This document shows, piece after piece, positions 37,501 through 48,299 of a stretch of 64,000 nucleotides of DNA. The position numbers and the translations under genes were made by a program. The notes under the pieces are model-generated. The model worked only from the letters and a program-made list of their open reading frames with translations. It searched no databases and was not told the origin of the DNA. The DNA is from Piromyces finnis finn (lineage: Eukaryota > Fungi > Neocallimastigomycota): NCBI GenBank assembly GCA_002104945.1, contig MCFH01000016.1, positions 744,001-808,000 on the forward strand, written 5' to 3'. Numbering within the stretch: the stretch's first letter is position 1; each line of letters opens with the position of its first letter.

Positions 37501-40153
37501 ATTAAAACGTTGGGCTGAACATTATGAAAATCTTGCATCTGATGTTACAAATCACAGCTTAAATCGTGGTTACTGGGAAAGAGCCTTCCAATTCAACCAT
37601 ATCAACCAAATAGCATGGGATATAAATGGTCCCATTTCTATTGAGGAAATTAGAAATGTTGTTCTGTCAATGAAGAATAACAAGGCTCCAGGTCCCGATG
37701 GTATCCCAATTGAATTTTTCAAAGCTTTCTTTTGTAACGAAGAACTGGAGAAAGAACATAAGTCTGCTGGAAATTGTCTTAAATTAATTTTTAATAAAAT
37801 CTGGAATGGTTCCTTTCCTTTGAAATGGAACTCTGCTTCCATTGTTTCTATTCCAAAGAAAGGCGATCTCTCAGACTGTAATAATTATCGTGGTATTTCT
37901 CTCATCAATGTAGGTCTTAAAATTATTTCAAAAATTGTAACTAATAGAATTTCAAAGTATGCTCTTTCTCATAATTTTATAAGACCTGAGCAATTTGGTT
38001 TTCACAATAAAGAAGAATGTATTAGCTTATTTATTTCCATTAGAGAAATCTGTCAAAGAAGGAAATTTAAAGGAAAAGCCACTTATGTCGCCTTTCTAGA
38101 CCTTAAAAAAGCATACGACTCAGTTCCTATTTTTAATATCCTTACAAAGTTATATAAATTAGGTATACGTGGTAAATGTTTTGATTTTCTCAATAATCTC
38201 TACTCTACCTCTAAAGCTCGTGCACGTTTCTTGGATATGCTTTCCAATGGATTCCCTATAAACCGTGGTGTAAGACAAGGATGTCCTCTTTCTCCTATAC
38301 TGTTTAACCTCTTTATCAATGATATTTTAAATAAATGTGAAAGGCTTGGAGTTAGCTTAGGTAATAAACGTTGTTGTGGTGGCCTTTTCGCTGATGACAT
38401 TGTTTTGATTGCTCCTAGTAAGAAGAACCTTCAAAAGATGCTCAATCTAGTCCTTGATTGGGCTAATTTAAATGAAATGTCTTTTGGAATAAATAAATGT
38501 GCAACTATTGTTGTTAAACCTATCAACTTTAATAGATCCCCTAGTTATGTCGACCCAACATTTTACATCGGTATGTACTCGATTCCAAAGGTTTCTTGCT
38601 ATACTTATCTTGGAATCCCATTCGACGAAGATCTTTCTTTGACTCCTATTCTGTCTAATATGTACAAAAAAGTTCAGAATTCTTTATTCTCTTTTAAGAA
38701 CTTCCTCACCAACAATTGTGTTCCTATTGGCTTAAAAAACATAGTAATTCATTCTTATATTTTAAGCAAAGTCTCTTATTATGCTCCTTTGCTTGGTTCC
38801 AACAAAAATAGAACTAGAAGAGTCCAATCTCTTATCAATACTGCTGTTTTATGGAGTGTCAATAGCTTTCACAATAAAAGTTTTAATAACAAAGATTTTG
38901 TTTTTGAACGAAATTCATTTATTAGTCTGTATGCTCTTACAAGAGATATGAAGATTCCTACCCTTTCAGGTATTTGTGCTGCGCAACAAGTGAAATGCTT
39001 TGTTAAATGGAGAAAATCAAATTGTATAATTAAAGATCTCGTCCGATCTATTCCTCCCATGTCTCATTACTCTTGGGCCAAAGAATCTTGTTCACTACAT
39101 AAGAAGCTTATGAAAATAAATATTAAAAGTACTAAAGATATTAGAGAATATTATTGGAATAATAGTAGCCTAAATAATGGAAGTAAAGCCCTCAGATATA
39201 CTAACAACAAATTCCTTAATTCAAATCGCCTAATGCATATCGGTCTCAACAAACCTCACTTAAATTTAGGAATTACCTGGATTATTCGTATTCGATGCGG
39301 TTATGAAAATACTACCCGAATTGCTATTGCCAGTAATAGAGTTACTCCTGACTGCCCTCGTGTCTGTCCATGTTGCGGATATGACGAACAATCTTTTTAC
39401 CATTGGATATTAGAATGTTCTGCATTCTCTGAATACAGAGCTTCTTCACTTAGCTTTCTTGACGATCTTTTTACCCTTTTTTACAATAAATATAAGAACC
39501 AATTCATCACATACTTACTCCCCGAAACGGAAGTAAGAAAAATAATTTATAACTATATTTTTACGTTCCTTCTTGGTGGAACTTTAGCTTATGATGAGCT
39601 ACATATCGATAAGGCGGAACAAAGACATTTGAATGAACAGCTTTACAGTTCATCGGGGTCTCATGTTCCATATGTAGAGGGTCTCGCGGCTTTTCTTACT
39701 AAAACAATCCCTATCATTAGTAGCTCTATGAAGCTACTTTTTGATAGGTTTAGTAAGACACCTAACGTAATCAAGAGCGCCGACGTCGTACCGATATGGC
39801 AAAGGAACATTTCCAATGTTCCGTACACAGGGTTCAATGTTAGTATTTCCTCAAATTCGAATGAAAACATTATGAACTCATGGGAGAGTTTAGTGGACAC
39901 CACACTATCATACCTGATGTTACTTCTTTTTTTTATTTCATTTAATTTATTAGGTAGGGACCAATCCCACACAGTACAAATTGCAGAGTTCATTGAACTT
40001 TTATGCAACTTAAATAATTATTTTATATTTTTTTATTTTTATATTTTTATTTATTATTTATTATATCATTATCAATATGTATTATCACCTAATATTATGT
40101 AATATCACTAATTAAGTAAGTAAATAAATAAAAGATGTGTATTCTCTTCCTAG

Positions 40154-40186
<33 letters not shown>
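34422..40186 (+). mobile_element. Full-length non-LTR retrotransposon (LINE-like), about 5.77 kb, with poly(A) and TSD
   Basis: (A)TATATATAAATAG is duplicated at 34408-34421 and 40187-40200. An A-run covers 40157-40187. The element encodes APE-RT-CCHC and is GC richer than its flanks. Confidence 0.92.
35828..40102 (+). CDS. LINE ORF2-type protein: APE endonuclease, reverse transcriptase and CCHC knuckle
   Basis: 1424 aa without a stop. EN motifs TWNING, LQEV, GDFN, IDHI, SDH. RT motifs KAPGPDG, YRGISL, LDLKKAYDSV, GVRQGCPLSP, FADD, YLG. CX2CX8HX4C motif (CPCCGYDEQSFYHWILEC). Confidence 0.97.
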   Translation: MNNTNCTVPTLRRGLRFFGSNSNKSYLIFIHDLSSWSKQRLMEFLLKDIQPFNDILQSLTKKYSQSLGIYFILKVNGKCPLKAMLLIHSLSEKLPISSKISWKFIDKLKNNRSYKNKRSIKSTTGPLSDDFYFSHLSSNASFFNLCTCWNINGWNPEKKDGVLYFISVFKPVCVCLQEVGNSQFLCGNAISSPCLPNYKPVHRRANPKVPGMRGLYIGVHNSCSFTPEPLLYKYIISVTILSFWNQRCTIGNIYFPQTRWPDARLIAFDELDKWLTTHNKFNHPAILVGDFNMSAIKIKSYISQHFPDWTMAELTGNNFTWEKGSKSSCIDHIIYNKAMTEHINKSSVCEVFHDVSDHKPILVSCKKDSSDGFKKPKKTFKWSSHICNTKCSDILTSNRFAVLASELEANCDSLSADDMVSRFLDTSKTIGKEIKAIVPADLKGPAFHCPQYIKNLSHEKHLAYKNIKPLSDCADMENYLNQFSIYQNLCNTIKKVKSKFRSNLYKANIVSIGKHFIDKSFRQGWKGLKKLAKPSYSSSHVSTIKDKNGKDLFTPQEQLKRWAEHYENLASDVTNHSLNRGYWERAFQFNHINQIAWDINGPISIEEIRNVVLSMKNNKAPGPDGIPIEFFKAFFCNEELEKEHKSAGNCLKLIFNKIWNGSFPLKWNSASIVSIPKKGDLSDCNNYRGISLINVGLKIISKIVTNRISKYALSHNFIRPEQFGFHNKEECISLFISIREICQRRKFKGKATYVAFLDLKKAYDSVPIFNILTKLYKLGIRGKCFDFLNNLYSTSKARARFLDMLSNGFPINRGVRQGCPLSPILFNLFINDILNKCERLGVSLGNKRCCGGLFADDIVLIAPSKKNLQKMLNLVLDWANLNEMSFGINKCATIVVKPINFNRSPSYVDPTFYIGMYSIPKVSCYTYLGIPFDEDLSLTPILSNMYKKVQNSLFSFKNFLTNNCVPIGLKNIVIHSYILSKVSYYAPLLGSNKNRTRRVQSLINTAVLWSVNSFHNKSFNNKDFVFERNSFISLYALTRDMKIPTLSGICAAQQVKCFVKWRKSNCIIKDLVRSIPPMSHYSWAKESCSLHKKLMKINIKSTKDIREYYWNNSSLNNGSKALRYTNNKFLNSNRLMHIGLNKPHLNLGITWIIRIRCGYENTTRIAIASNRVTPDCPRVCPCCGYDEQSFYHWILECSAFSEYRASSLSFLDDLFTLFYNKYKNQFITYLLPETEVRKIIYNYIFTFLLGGTLAYDELHIDKAEQRHLNEQLYSSSGSHVPYVEGLAAFLTKTIPIISSSMKLLFDRFSKTPNVIKSADVVPIWQRNISNVPYTGFNVSISSNSNENIMNSWESLVDTTLSYLMLLLFFISFNLLGRDQSHTVQIAEFIELLCNLNNYFIFFYFYIFIYYLLYHYQYVLSPNIM

Positions 40187-40191
<5 letters not shown>

Positions 40192-43100
40192 TATAAATAG
40201 GTTAAATAATTTTTAAATTATTTTTATGCATTATGATATGGATCCAAAATTCAAAATAACTTTACAATTTTATGGATAGGATTATTTAATTAAAAATAAA
40301 ATAAAATCAAATAGAAATATTTTAATTTAGAATTAATTTTAAATTGTTAAATTACTTTAAAATGCTTAAATTATAAAATAATTATTACTTTTTTGATTTT
40401 TCTATAGTGTTATACTATGCCAACTTTATTAACTCTTACTCATACTAATTAAGTATATTTTCATTAATTAAAAAAAAAATATTTAAAACTCTTTAAAAAA
40501 AGATTGAATATTAATTAATATTTAATATGTAATAAAAAAGGTTAAATTAATAATGAAATATCCATAAATTTTCTTGTTTATCCTTTCTATTTAAATAAAA
40601 ATTATTATTTTTTTTTATTTTATTCCTAATTTATATAAATGAACTTATACCTACAAAAAATATTATTTATTTATAATATTTAGATAATAGTAATGAAAGA
40701 CAATTAATATTTTGTAATACATATAACATATATTTAAATATAGTTTTATGAAAACTATAGAATATAAAAATAGTATATGATAGAATATAACAATATTATG
40801 GGTTGATTTATATTAATATAATGCTAATAATTCAATCTATATATAATATATATTTATAAAATAAAATTGCCTTTTTATTAAGATTTTTTTTCCTTTTTCC
40901 TTTTTATAATGATAAACTTTTATTAAAACTCTAATGATAAAGGAAAATCTTTCAAGAAGCATCTTTTCCGTTGTTAAAATTGATGGTAGGCCGTAGCAAC
41001 ATTAATTAAATCTTTCTATTAATAATTTCTTTTTAATAAAAAAATTAATTAGATGAATAAAATAGAAGATTTTTTGTTAAAATCTTATTGGTTGATTTCC
41101 TTTTTTAATTTTGAATTGGTATAAAAAAGTATTAGGGAAAGTCGTAAGATCCATTTATTCCTAATTCATATAAAAATATATTTAATATATTTTATATTCA
41201 AAATACACCATACACACCGTTATAATATATAATAAACATAAATTATATTTATTATTGTTATCCTTTCAAAAAACAAAATGTAGAACTTTTAATCCTTTGG
41301 TTTGATTAGAATAATATTCGTCCTACAAATGATGCAATGATAAATGTTATTAATAGTAAAAAAATTAGTCACCAAAAAAAGATTTCCTATATTACTGCTT
41401 ATTTAAAATACATTAAATATTGTTAGTCAAAAATAATTTCCATATATTAATTAATACTATAAATAGTATTTTTAGATAAATTAAAATATATCATGATATA
41501 TGCAAAAAAAAAAAATGCTTAATTTAATAGATATAATTTATAAATTAAATGATAAAAAAAGTGAGTAAATGTAATGGGTTAGTTTTAATTATCATAGAAT
41601 CATACTTTAGCTAAAGTAAATATATAAAGTATTATTTTATATAAATGAAATAAATATAAAAATAATTTGTATAGAAATAGATGTTGAATTATTATATTGT
41701 GCGATAAATAAACTATTTTAATTCTCATACTTTTATTTCATTTTTTTATTTCTTATTGTATATGAAAGAAGGCAATGAGTCAGTCTACATTTTTGATGCC
41801 TATTAACTTTTTTATTTTATACAGCATGAAGGATAAGTTATAAAGTACATTTAATTAAATTTTATGCTTTCTGTCCTTGTAAATGAGATTATAAAAGTTA
41901 AATTGATTTTACTTTGCATCCTTTTTTTTTTTAATTTTAATTTTTGTTTTGTTTTGTTTTACCCATAAATAGAAAGATTTAAGATGGAGAAAAAATACAT
42001 TTTTTTTATTCTAAATAGTAAAAACAAATGCAGAAATTAAATCAATTCTAATTAAATTAAAATATATTAATTCTTTTTTAAATGTGAATCACCATCTTAA
42101 TAAGGCATAAAGAGAAACTAAAAATAAATAATCAAGAAGGTGTTGAAATATGCTATTAATAATAGAAGATCATAGGATGAACCTATTTTTGTTTCATATT
42201 CTGCAAATGTTTTATTTTTATTGAATGATCTTTTTTTTTCTGTATATATTTTCTGTTAAATGATTTTATCAAAAATTATAAAAAAGACTATGAAATAAAA
42301 AAAAAAAATCATGGGGTTGGCTAATGAATAATGTGATTCATTAATTCATTGTAATACTTTATAATAAATGAGGATGAGTAACAAATAGTAATACCGCCGT
42401 AATACCTATATAATAATATTCCTTAAACTAAAAGCAAAATGTAACCATATCAAACCATTATATTGCTTCAATTTTGTGTAATTAATATTTTCTTTTTCTT
42501 ACAATATCATAAAAATATTTGGTCATCACCTTCTAAATAATAGATTTTTTACTTAAAAAAATGGCTTAGTCTTTTTTTTTTTTTTTAAAAAAATGGTGAT
42601 AGATAAGTTACAAATTGGGATTATGTGCCCTTACTTTGCGTGGATTTATATAATCATGATGTATATAATAATAATAATAAAATAAAAATAATAATCATTA
42701 ATAATGAATAAAATGAATAGAGAAATGCACTTTTTATTATATAATAAAATTATTACACAAAAAAAAAATAAAAATTTCCATTTGGCTTTTTTTCTGTAAT
42801 CCTAAATTAAATTTAATATTATATTTTAATTTTCAATTGAAATGTTTTATCCTTATAGAATATAGTTTATTTATATATATTATAATGTACTATTTATATA
42901 TAATATACTATATTAAAATGTATTATAAATATAAATAAATTAATTCAAACAAAAGTATATTAAATAAACTTTATTTTCTAGGTTAATGTAAAACATAGAA
43001 AATAATAAAAATTACTATTATAAAGTTATTATATTATAATACTTAATATTATATTGTTGAATTGTACTCGTATAGATTTATATTATACCTCTAATAAATA

Positions 43101-44330
43101 ATACATAATATTAATAATATATTATAAATATACTATAATATCAATTTAATGATTACATAATATTATAAAAAAAAACCATATCACAAATTCTTGTTTTGAT
43201 ATAGGATTAGTTGGGATTATCTTTTTTTTTGTTACATATATAAAAATTGTATTATAATATAATTACCAGTATTATTATATCATATATAACCATTTATTTT
43301 TATATAGGACCTATAGAATTACATAAGAAGTTTTTTTTTTTTTCTTACACTAATTCTCACACATTATATTAATAACCTATATGGCATTTAAATTAAATTC
43401 ATAATTCCATTGGGGATTCTATAATAATATATTTTAATATATGAATATTATATTAAATAACAATTCAACTCAAGTATTTAAATATATAACACATATATTA
43501 CATTTAATTTTGATTTTAAAAATTTAAGTATAATCATCATCGCCTTATGAAAATTTATATAAAATTAACCTATGAATAATATAATACAGTACACTGTAAA
43601 TAATTCATAAATTAAATTATAAAAAAAAAAAAAGAATATTTCTACTTTTTTTTTTAATATAAATAAATTTGTTTTTTTCCAAAATGGAAAGAAATATTTA
43701 ATTCAACTTTTATTTTAATATTATAAATAATATCTTTTTTTTTTTTTTTTTAAATATTGAAAAATCTTTTACAAAATTATATAAAAGACTATTATAATAG
43801 ATGATATAAAAAAGTTGTAAAGACTTGAAGACATAATATATTATAATATATTATTAATAAATTAAATTAAGAAAAAAAATTGATTATTGGTTATATGTGA
43901 TATGTTTAATTATTAATTTATCATATTGTATTATATCTACATACTTTAAAGAAAAAATATGATAAAATTATAATTAGAAAAGCAAATTCTCGTTTTGATA
44001 AAAAAAAAAAAAAATGTTATTATATTGTATATAGCAAAGCAAATTTTTGTAAATAAATTAAAAGCCAAATTGTATAGAACATATTTAAATTTTAATAAGA
44101 GGAAAAATTTTGTATAAAATCGTAAATAATAAAAAACAAAAATCTAATTTAAAAAATATATTGTAAATAATATATAAGAAAAAATAAAAGGAATTGTATA
44201 TATATTTTTAAAAAAAAGTAATTAAGGAAAAAATAAAATATCATAATTATTTGACTTGAAAAATATAAAAATTATCTAAAAGACATTAGAAAAAATCCAG
44301 TAAATTTTACTATCATAAATAATTTTAAAA

Positions 44331-44816
44331 ATGACAGCCTGTGATTATTTAAAAAGACTTTCTTCCACTAATTGTGAAAAGATGTTTGCTTCAAGAACTC
44401 AATCTCAATCAAACAGAGATGAATTTAGTAGAACTGCTCCAAGAAGTATCCATCAAAGATGCCATTCATTATCAAATTCTTTAATACCACTTTTTAACAG
44501 TATTTGCCGTTATCCATATAGTCGTCAAACTATAATGGAAAATAAGGATGAAGTAAAAATTATATCTCCAGTGGCTGTTAAACCATTAAAGAGTAGTCAA
44601 TCATTATCTTTCATTTCCCTCTCAAAGAAATATGATGAACCAGATTCATACAATAATACTAATGATGTTGTTTATGAAAGATATCCATTAAAATTATCAA
44701 ATTCTATAAAGCAACCAACACCAAATGACAAGCAAAATGATGCAATGGTCGAATTATTGGAAATTTTTGCTCAACAAGTATCCATGGATACTGTTGAAAC
44801 TAAAAGTATTTATTAA
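44331..44816 (+). CDS. Hypothetical Ser-rich protein (orphan)
   Basis: 161 aa ORF with gene-like composition and A/T-ending codons, preceded by an A-rich context; no family recognised. Confidence 0.55.
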   Translation: MTACDYLKRLSSTNCEKMFASRTQSQSNRDEFSRTAPRSIHQRCHSLSNSLIPLFNSICRYPYSRQTIMENKDEVKIISPVAVKPLKSSQSLSFISLSKKYDEPDSYNNTNDVVYERYPLKLSNSIKQPTPNDKQNDAMVELLEIFAQQVSMDTVETKSIY

Positions 44817-45637
44817 AAATAATAATAACCACAATGAAAAATGGATGTTTTCGTCATATAAGATATAAAATAATATCAAAATAAGGCGAAAAAATATTTT
44901 ATTATATATATATTTATAATAATCATATTACTTTAAAATACTTTTTTTTTTTTAGATATTATATTTACTATTTATTTAGAATATTAAATTTATATTTATC
45001 TTTATAATATCTTTGTTTTTTTATCTTTAAACTATTATTATCTAATATTTAAATTAAAGTTATAGGCTGTAAAATATATTACTTTATATATATTATATTA
45101 ATACTATAATACTATTTATTTTTAAAAATATATTTAAGATATAAACATTTATAATGTAATATTTTATTAGTATTAATTATATATTTTATTACTATTTTTT
45201 TTTTTTTTTATAATACTAGAATTAATTATTTTTATTTTGAAGTTTTTTATTTATATAAAGAAGTGTTTATAATATATATTACTAATTTAAAAGTGACTTA
45301 AAAATTATCAAACAAAAATTATAATTTATATGTAATATTTAAATAAAATTTAAATATAAATAATAAAATATAAATAAAATGAATAATATTTAAAAAAGTA
45401 TTATTTAAAACGAAAAAAAAAAAAAATAAAGATGAAACTTAAATATATATATGTATTTTTTTAAAAAACAATAAACATATGGATCATGTTAATAATATGT
45501 ATTCTAGTATATATTTTAGTACATTTAAATTAAGATTCCATTATTATTATTATTATTTATAATGAAAGCAAATTTTTTTTACACCCTTATTAGATTTTGA
45601 TACAGGTAATATTAAACACTGATGGATAAAAAATGAA

Positions 45638-46633
45638 TATAATGTATAGTCATTGTATTTCAATATAAGAAGGCCACTATTCTATTTTAGTAGACCCTCA
45701 ACTTCAAAGATCAATTTTTTTTTTTTAACGGCATCAACTATTTTAAAACTTTATTATTAATTTAATTAAAATTATAATACATGTTATAAAATTAAATTTT
45801 ATTATGGCCAAAAAATTATGATCTTTATTGATTTTTTTTTTTTTTTTTTTTTTTTGTTTCTTCAGTGTTGACACTCTCGGTTGTAACTTTGAACCTTTTA
45901 AACCTAAGCCATTATTATGGTTTGAGGTTTTGCAGTGACGTGGCCGTCAAAAATGGAGATACTTCATAGGTGTCAGGTTTAATTTGACACTTGCTTAGTT
46001 CTTTTCATTCCCTTGAATTATCATTATTGTTAAAACCTCTTCCCTCTAAGAAGGGATTTAAATACTTTTTTTTTTTTTTTCACATAGAATATTTTTATTT
46101 TTTTTTTCTAACGGAATCAAATATTTTTAGATTTTACTATTAATTAAATTAAAATTATAATACATGTTATAAAAAACAAAATAACAAAATTAAAAATAAA
46201 AAATAAAAAAATAGGTTTAAATAAATACAAATGAATAAAAATTGGGTATAATGTATTCTAGTAATTTAAAGTAAGAAGGCCACTACTATTATACTAAAGT
46301 ATAATAATTGTATTTGATTTCCAATGGGACACTGAGTCAAAGATCAAAATTTTGTTATGGGACAAAATTATGATCTCCATTGGTTGCGCTGGCCCTCCTG
46401 GCCTGTCTTACTGTTTCTTCAGCATTGACGCTCTTGGATGTTGCTTCAAACCTTTTGAATAATGACCTTTGCTGGCCAATAACAAAAGGCATGATTTTGG
46501 TTAGAAGTTCCGTTGTTACTGTCAAGAATAGTGTTCCTTCGTAAGTGCCCGATTGAATCTGACACTTGCAAAGTTCTTTCCATTCTCTTAAATTGTAATT
46601 GATATTGTTAAAACTTAGAGCGTGTACCAACAA
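45638..46633 (-). repeat. Degenerate duplicated GC-richer segment (two diverged copies; one keeps a 92-codon frame)
   Basis: Shared words AAGAAGGCCACTA (45667/46273), CAAAGATCAA, AAAATTATGATCT, TGTTTCTTCAG, TGACACTTGC and ATTATAATACATGTTATAAAA. Copy A carries stops in the frame that reads FNNINYNLREWKELCKCQI in copy B. Confidence 0.7.
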
Positions 46634-47351
46634 TCTGATATAATTCTTATCTATAATATTAAGGACTGCCTTGATAATTAATTCTAATTAAAAATAAATT
46701 GAATATAAAATAAATACTAATAAAAATTATAAATATAATGTATATGAGAAAAAAATATGTCTCTTTTTTCTTAAAAAAGTACTGAGTAGTACAAAAAAAA
46801 TGTTTCAATGTTATGAAAGTTTCTTTTGAAATTAAAGTGTAAATTTTCTTTGTAAATACTAGTTTTGATTTGTTGTTAATTTAAAAAGTTCACCATATTT
46901 TTTAATTACTTTTAGTTTCATTGAAAAATCTTTTCATATTTCATTTGGATATACCAATAACACACTTTAAAAATTTTATATTACAAAACCATTTTTAATA
47001 ATAAATAAAAATAAAACGAAATAAAAAAAATGATATTTAATTTGAATATTTTATAATTTATATAAATGTTAATTTTTTATTTGCGTATTTTTTTTTAAAT
47101 GATTGTTCGCTTGAATTTATTTTACAAATGTTTAAACGTTTAAATTTTTTAGATCATTTTGATAGTTTTTCTTTTTTAAAAGGATGAAATTTACATTCCT
47201 TTTTTTTTTTTTAAAAAAAATATTATATACATTATATACATAATCCTTAATCGTAATATATAAAGTTCAATATTTTCTTTTTTATTATCTTAGAGGATCA
47301 TTATTAGTATATAATCATGTTAAATGGCTTTTAAATTCTGAATTAACAAAT

Positions 47352-48299
47352 TTAGTTAAACATTAAAACTTCAAAGTCATTAATTCTGTATTCTTTGCCA
47401 TCAAAACCATAGTATGCACAGTAGTCTTTCTTGTTGGTCTTACCGAAGTAATCAACAGTATCACGCTTGCATTTGGTAACGAAAATTTCTTGTCCATTGC
47501 TTTCATAACCACCAATGACGGCCTTAGCACCAATGGTAGCTGGGTTAGTGCACTTTACCCATTGAAGTCTATTGGCTGGACAAGTTAAAACTTCGTATTT
47601 ATCAATAACGACTTCCTTACCATCGAAACAAGTGTACATGTGCTTGTTCTTAGCATCAGCATAACCGCAAAGAAGTCCATTCTTGTGGTTACCACGAGCG
47701 ACAACAAAAGTCTTACCAAGAGAGTTCTTTAAGGAAACAGCATTAGCTGGGAGGGTACCATTGAAAGCAACCCACTTGTATGGAACATTGTCTGGGTTAG
47801 CCTTCTTAACTCTCTTCTTCTTCTTAAGTTGCTTGTTCATGATCCATAAACCACCAAGAATAGCACCACCAATTAAAAGATTCTTACCAAGACCACGGTC
47901 AGTAGTACCATCAGACTTTGTAACAAGTCCTCTTTGTTCGGCTTCTTGTGGAGTCATGATGTTACCATTTTCATCTTCAATGTAGTCACCATCATCATCA
48001 GTAACATATTCCCATTCATCATCATCGTTTTGGTTGTTGAATTGTTGTTGTTGGAATTGTCCTTGACCACCGTAACCACCTTGTGGACCGCCGAAACCAC
48101 CTTGTGGGCCTCCGAAACCACCTTGTGGGCCTCCGAAACCTCCTTGTGGACCTCCAAATCCACCTTGTGGACCGCCGAAACCACCTGGACCACCGTGTGG
48201 ACCACCGAAACCACCTGGACCTCCGTGTGGGCCTCTGAAACCACCTGGACCTCCGTGTGGGCCTCCGAAACCTTGATTACCGAAACCTTGATTGTACAT
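47352..48299 (-). CDS. Gly-rich repeat, hydrophobic segment and DM9 (DUF3421) domain protein
   Basis: 315 aa. (GGFGGPQ)n and (GGFGGPHGGP)n N-terminus, then an acidic patch, LLIGGAILGGLWIM and KKKKRVKK. Two DM9-type repeats follow (WV...PANAV...VARG...KEV..DKYEVL; QWV...AVIGGYESNGQEIFV...KEY...FEVL). Confidence 0.8.
   Translation of the reverse strand: MYNQGFGNQGFGGPHGGPGGFRGPHGGPGGFGGPHGGPGGFGGPQGGFGGPQGGFGGPQGGFGGPQGGFGGPQGGYGGQGQFQQQQFNNQNDDDEWEYVTDDDGDYIEDENGNIMTPQEAEQRGLVTKSDGTTDRGLGKNLLIGGAILGGLWIMNKQLKKKKRVKKANPDNVPYKWVAFNGTLPANAVSLKNSLGKTFVVARGNHKNGLLCGYADAKNKHMYTCFDGKEVVIDKYEVLTCPANRLQWVKCTNPATIGAKAVIGGYESNGQEIFVTKCKRDTVDYFGKTNKKDYCAYYGFDGKEYRINDFEVLMFN

Noticed and set aside
37990-39790. 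Possible CpG-deamination signature in the LINE (QFGFH for QxGFR; TGT/TGG codons)
   Set aside because: Too few sites, no family consensus available, and many CpGs persist.
39900-40102. Hydrophobic C-terminal tail of the LINE ORF as a membrane domain
   Set aside because: It derives from T-rich low-complexity sequence and looks like read-through into the 3' UTR.
40940-41030. Minus-strand YGLPSILTT / TAYH words reminiscent of retroviral integrase
   Set aside because: Very short, in different frames, surrounded by stops, and with no supporting LTR or other domains.
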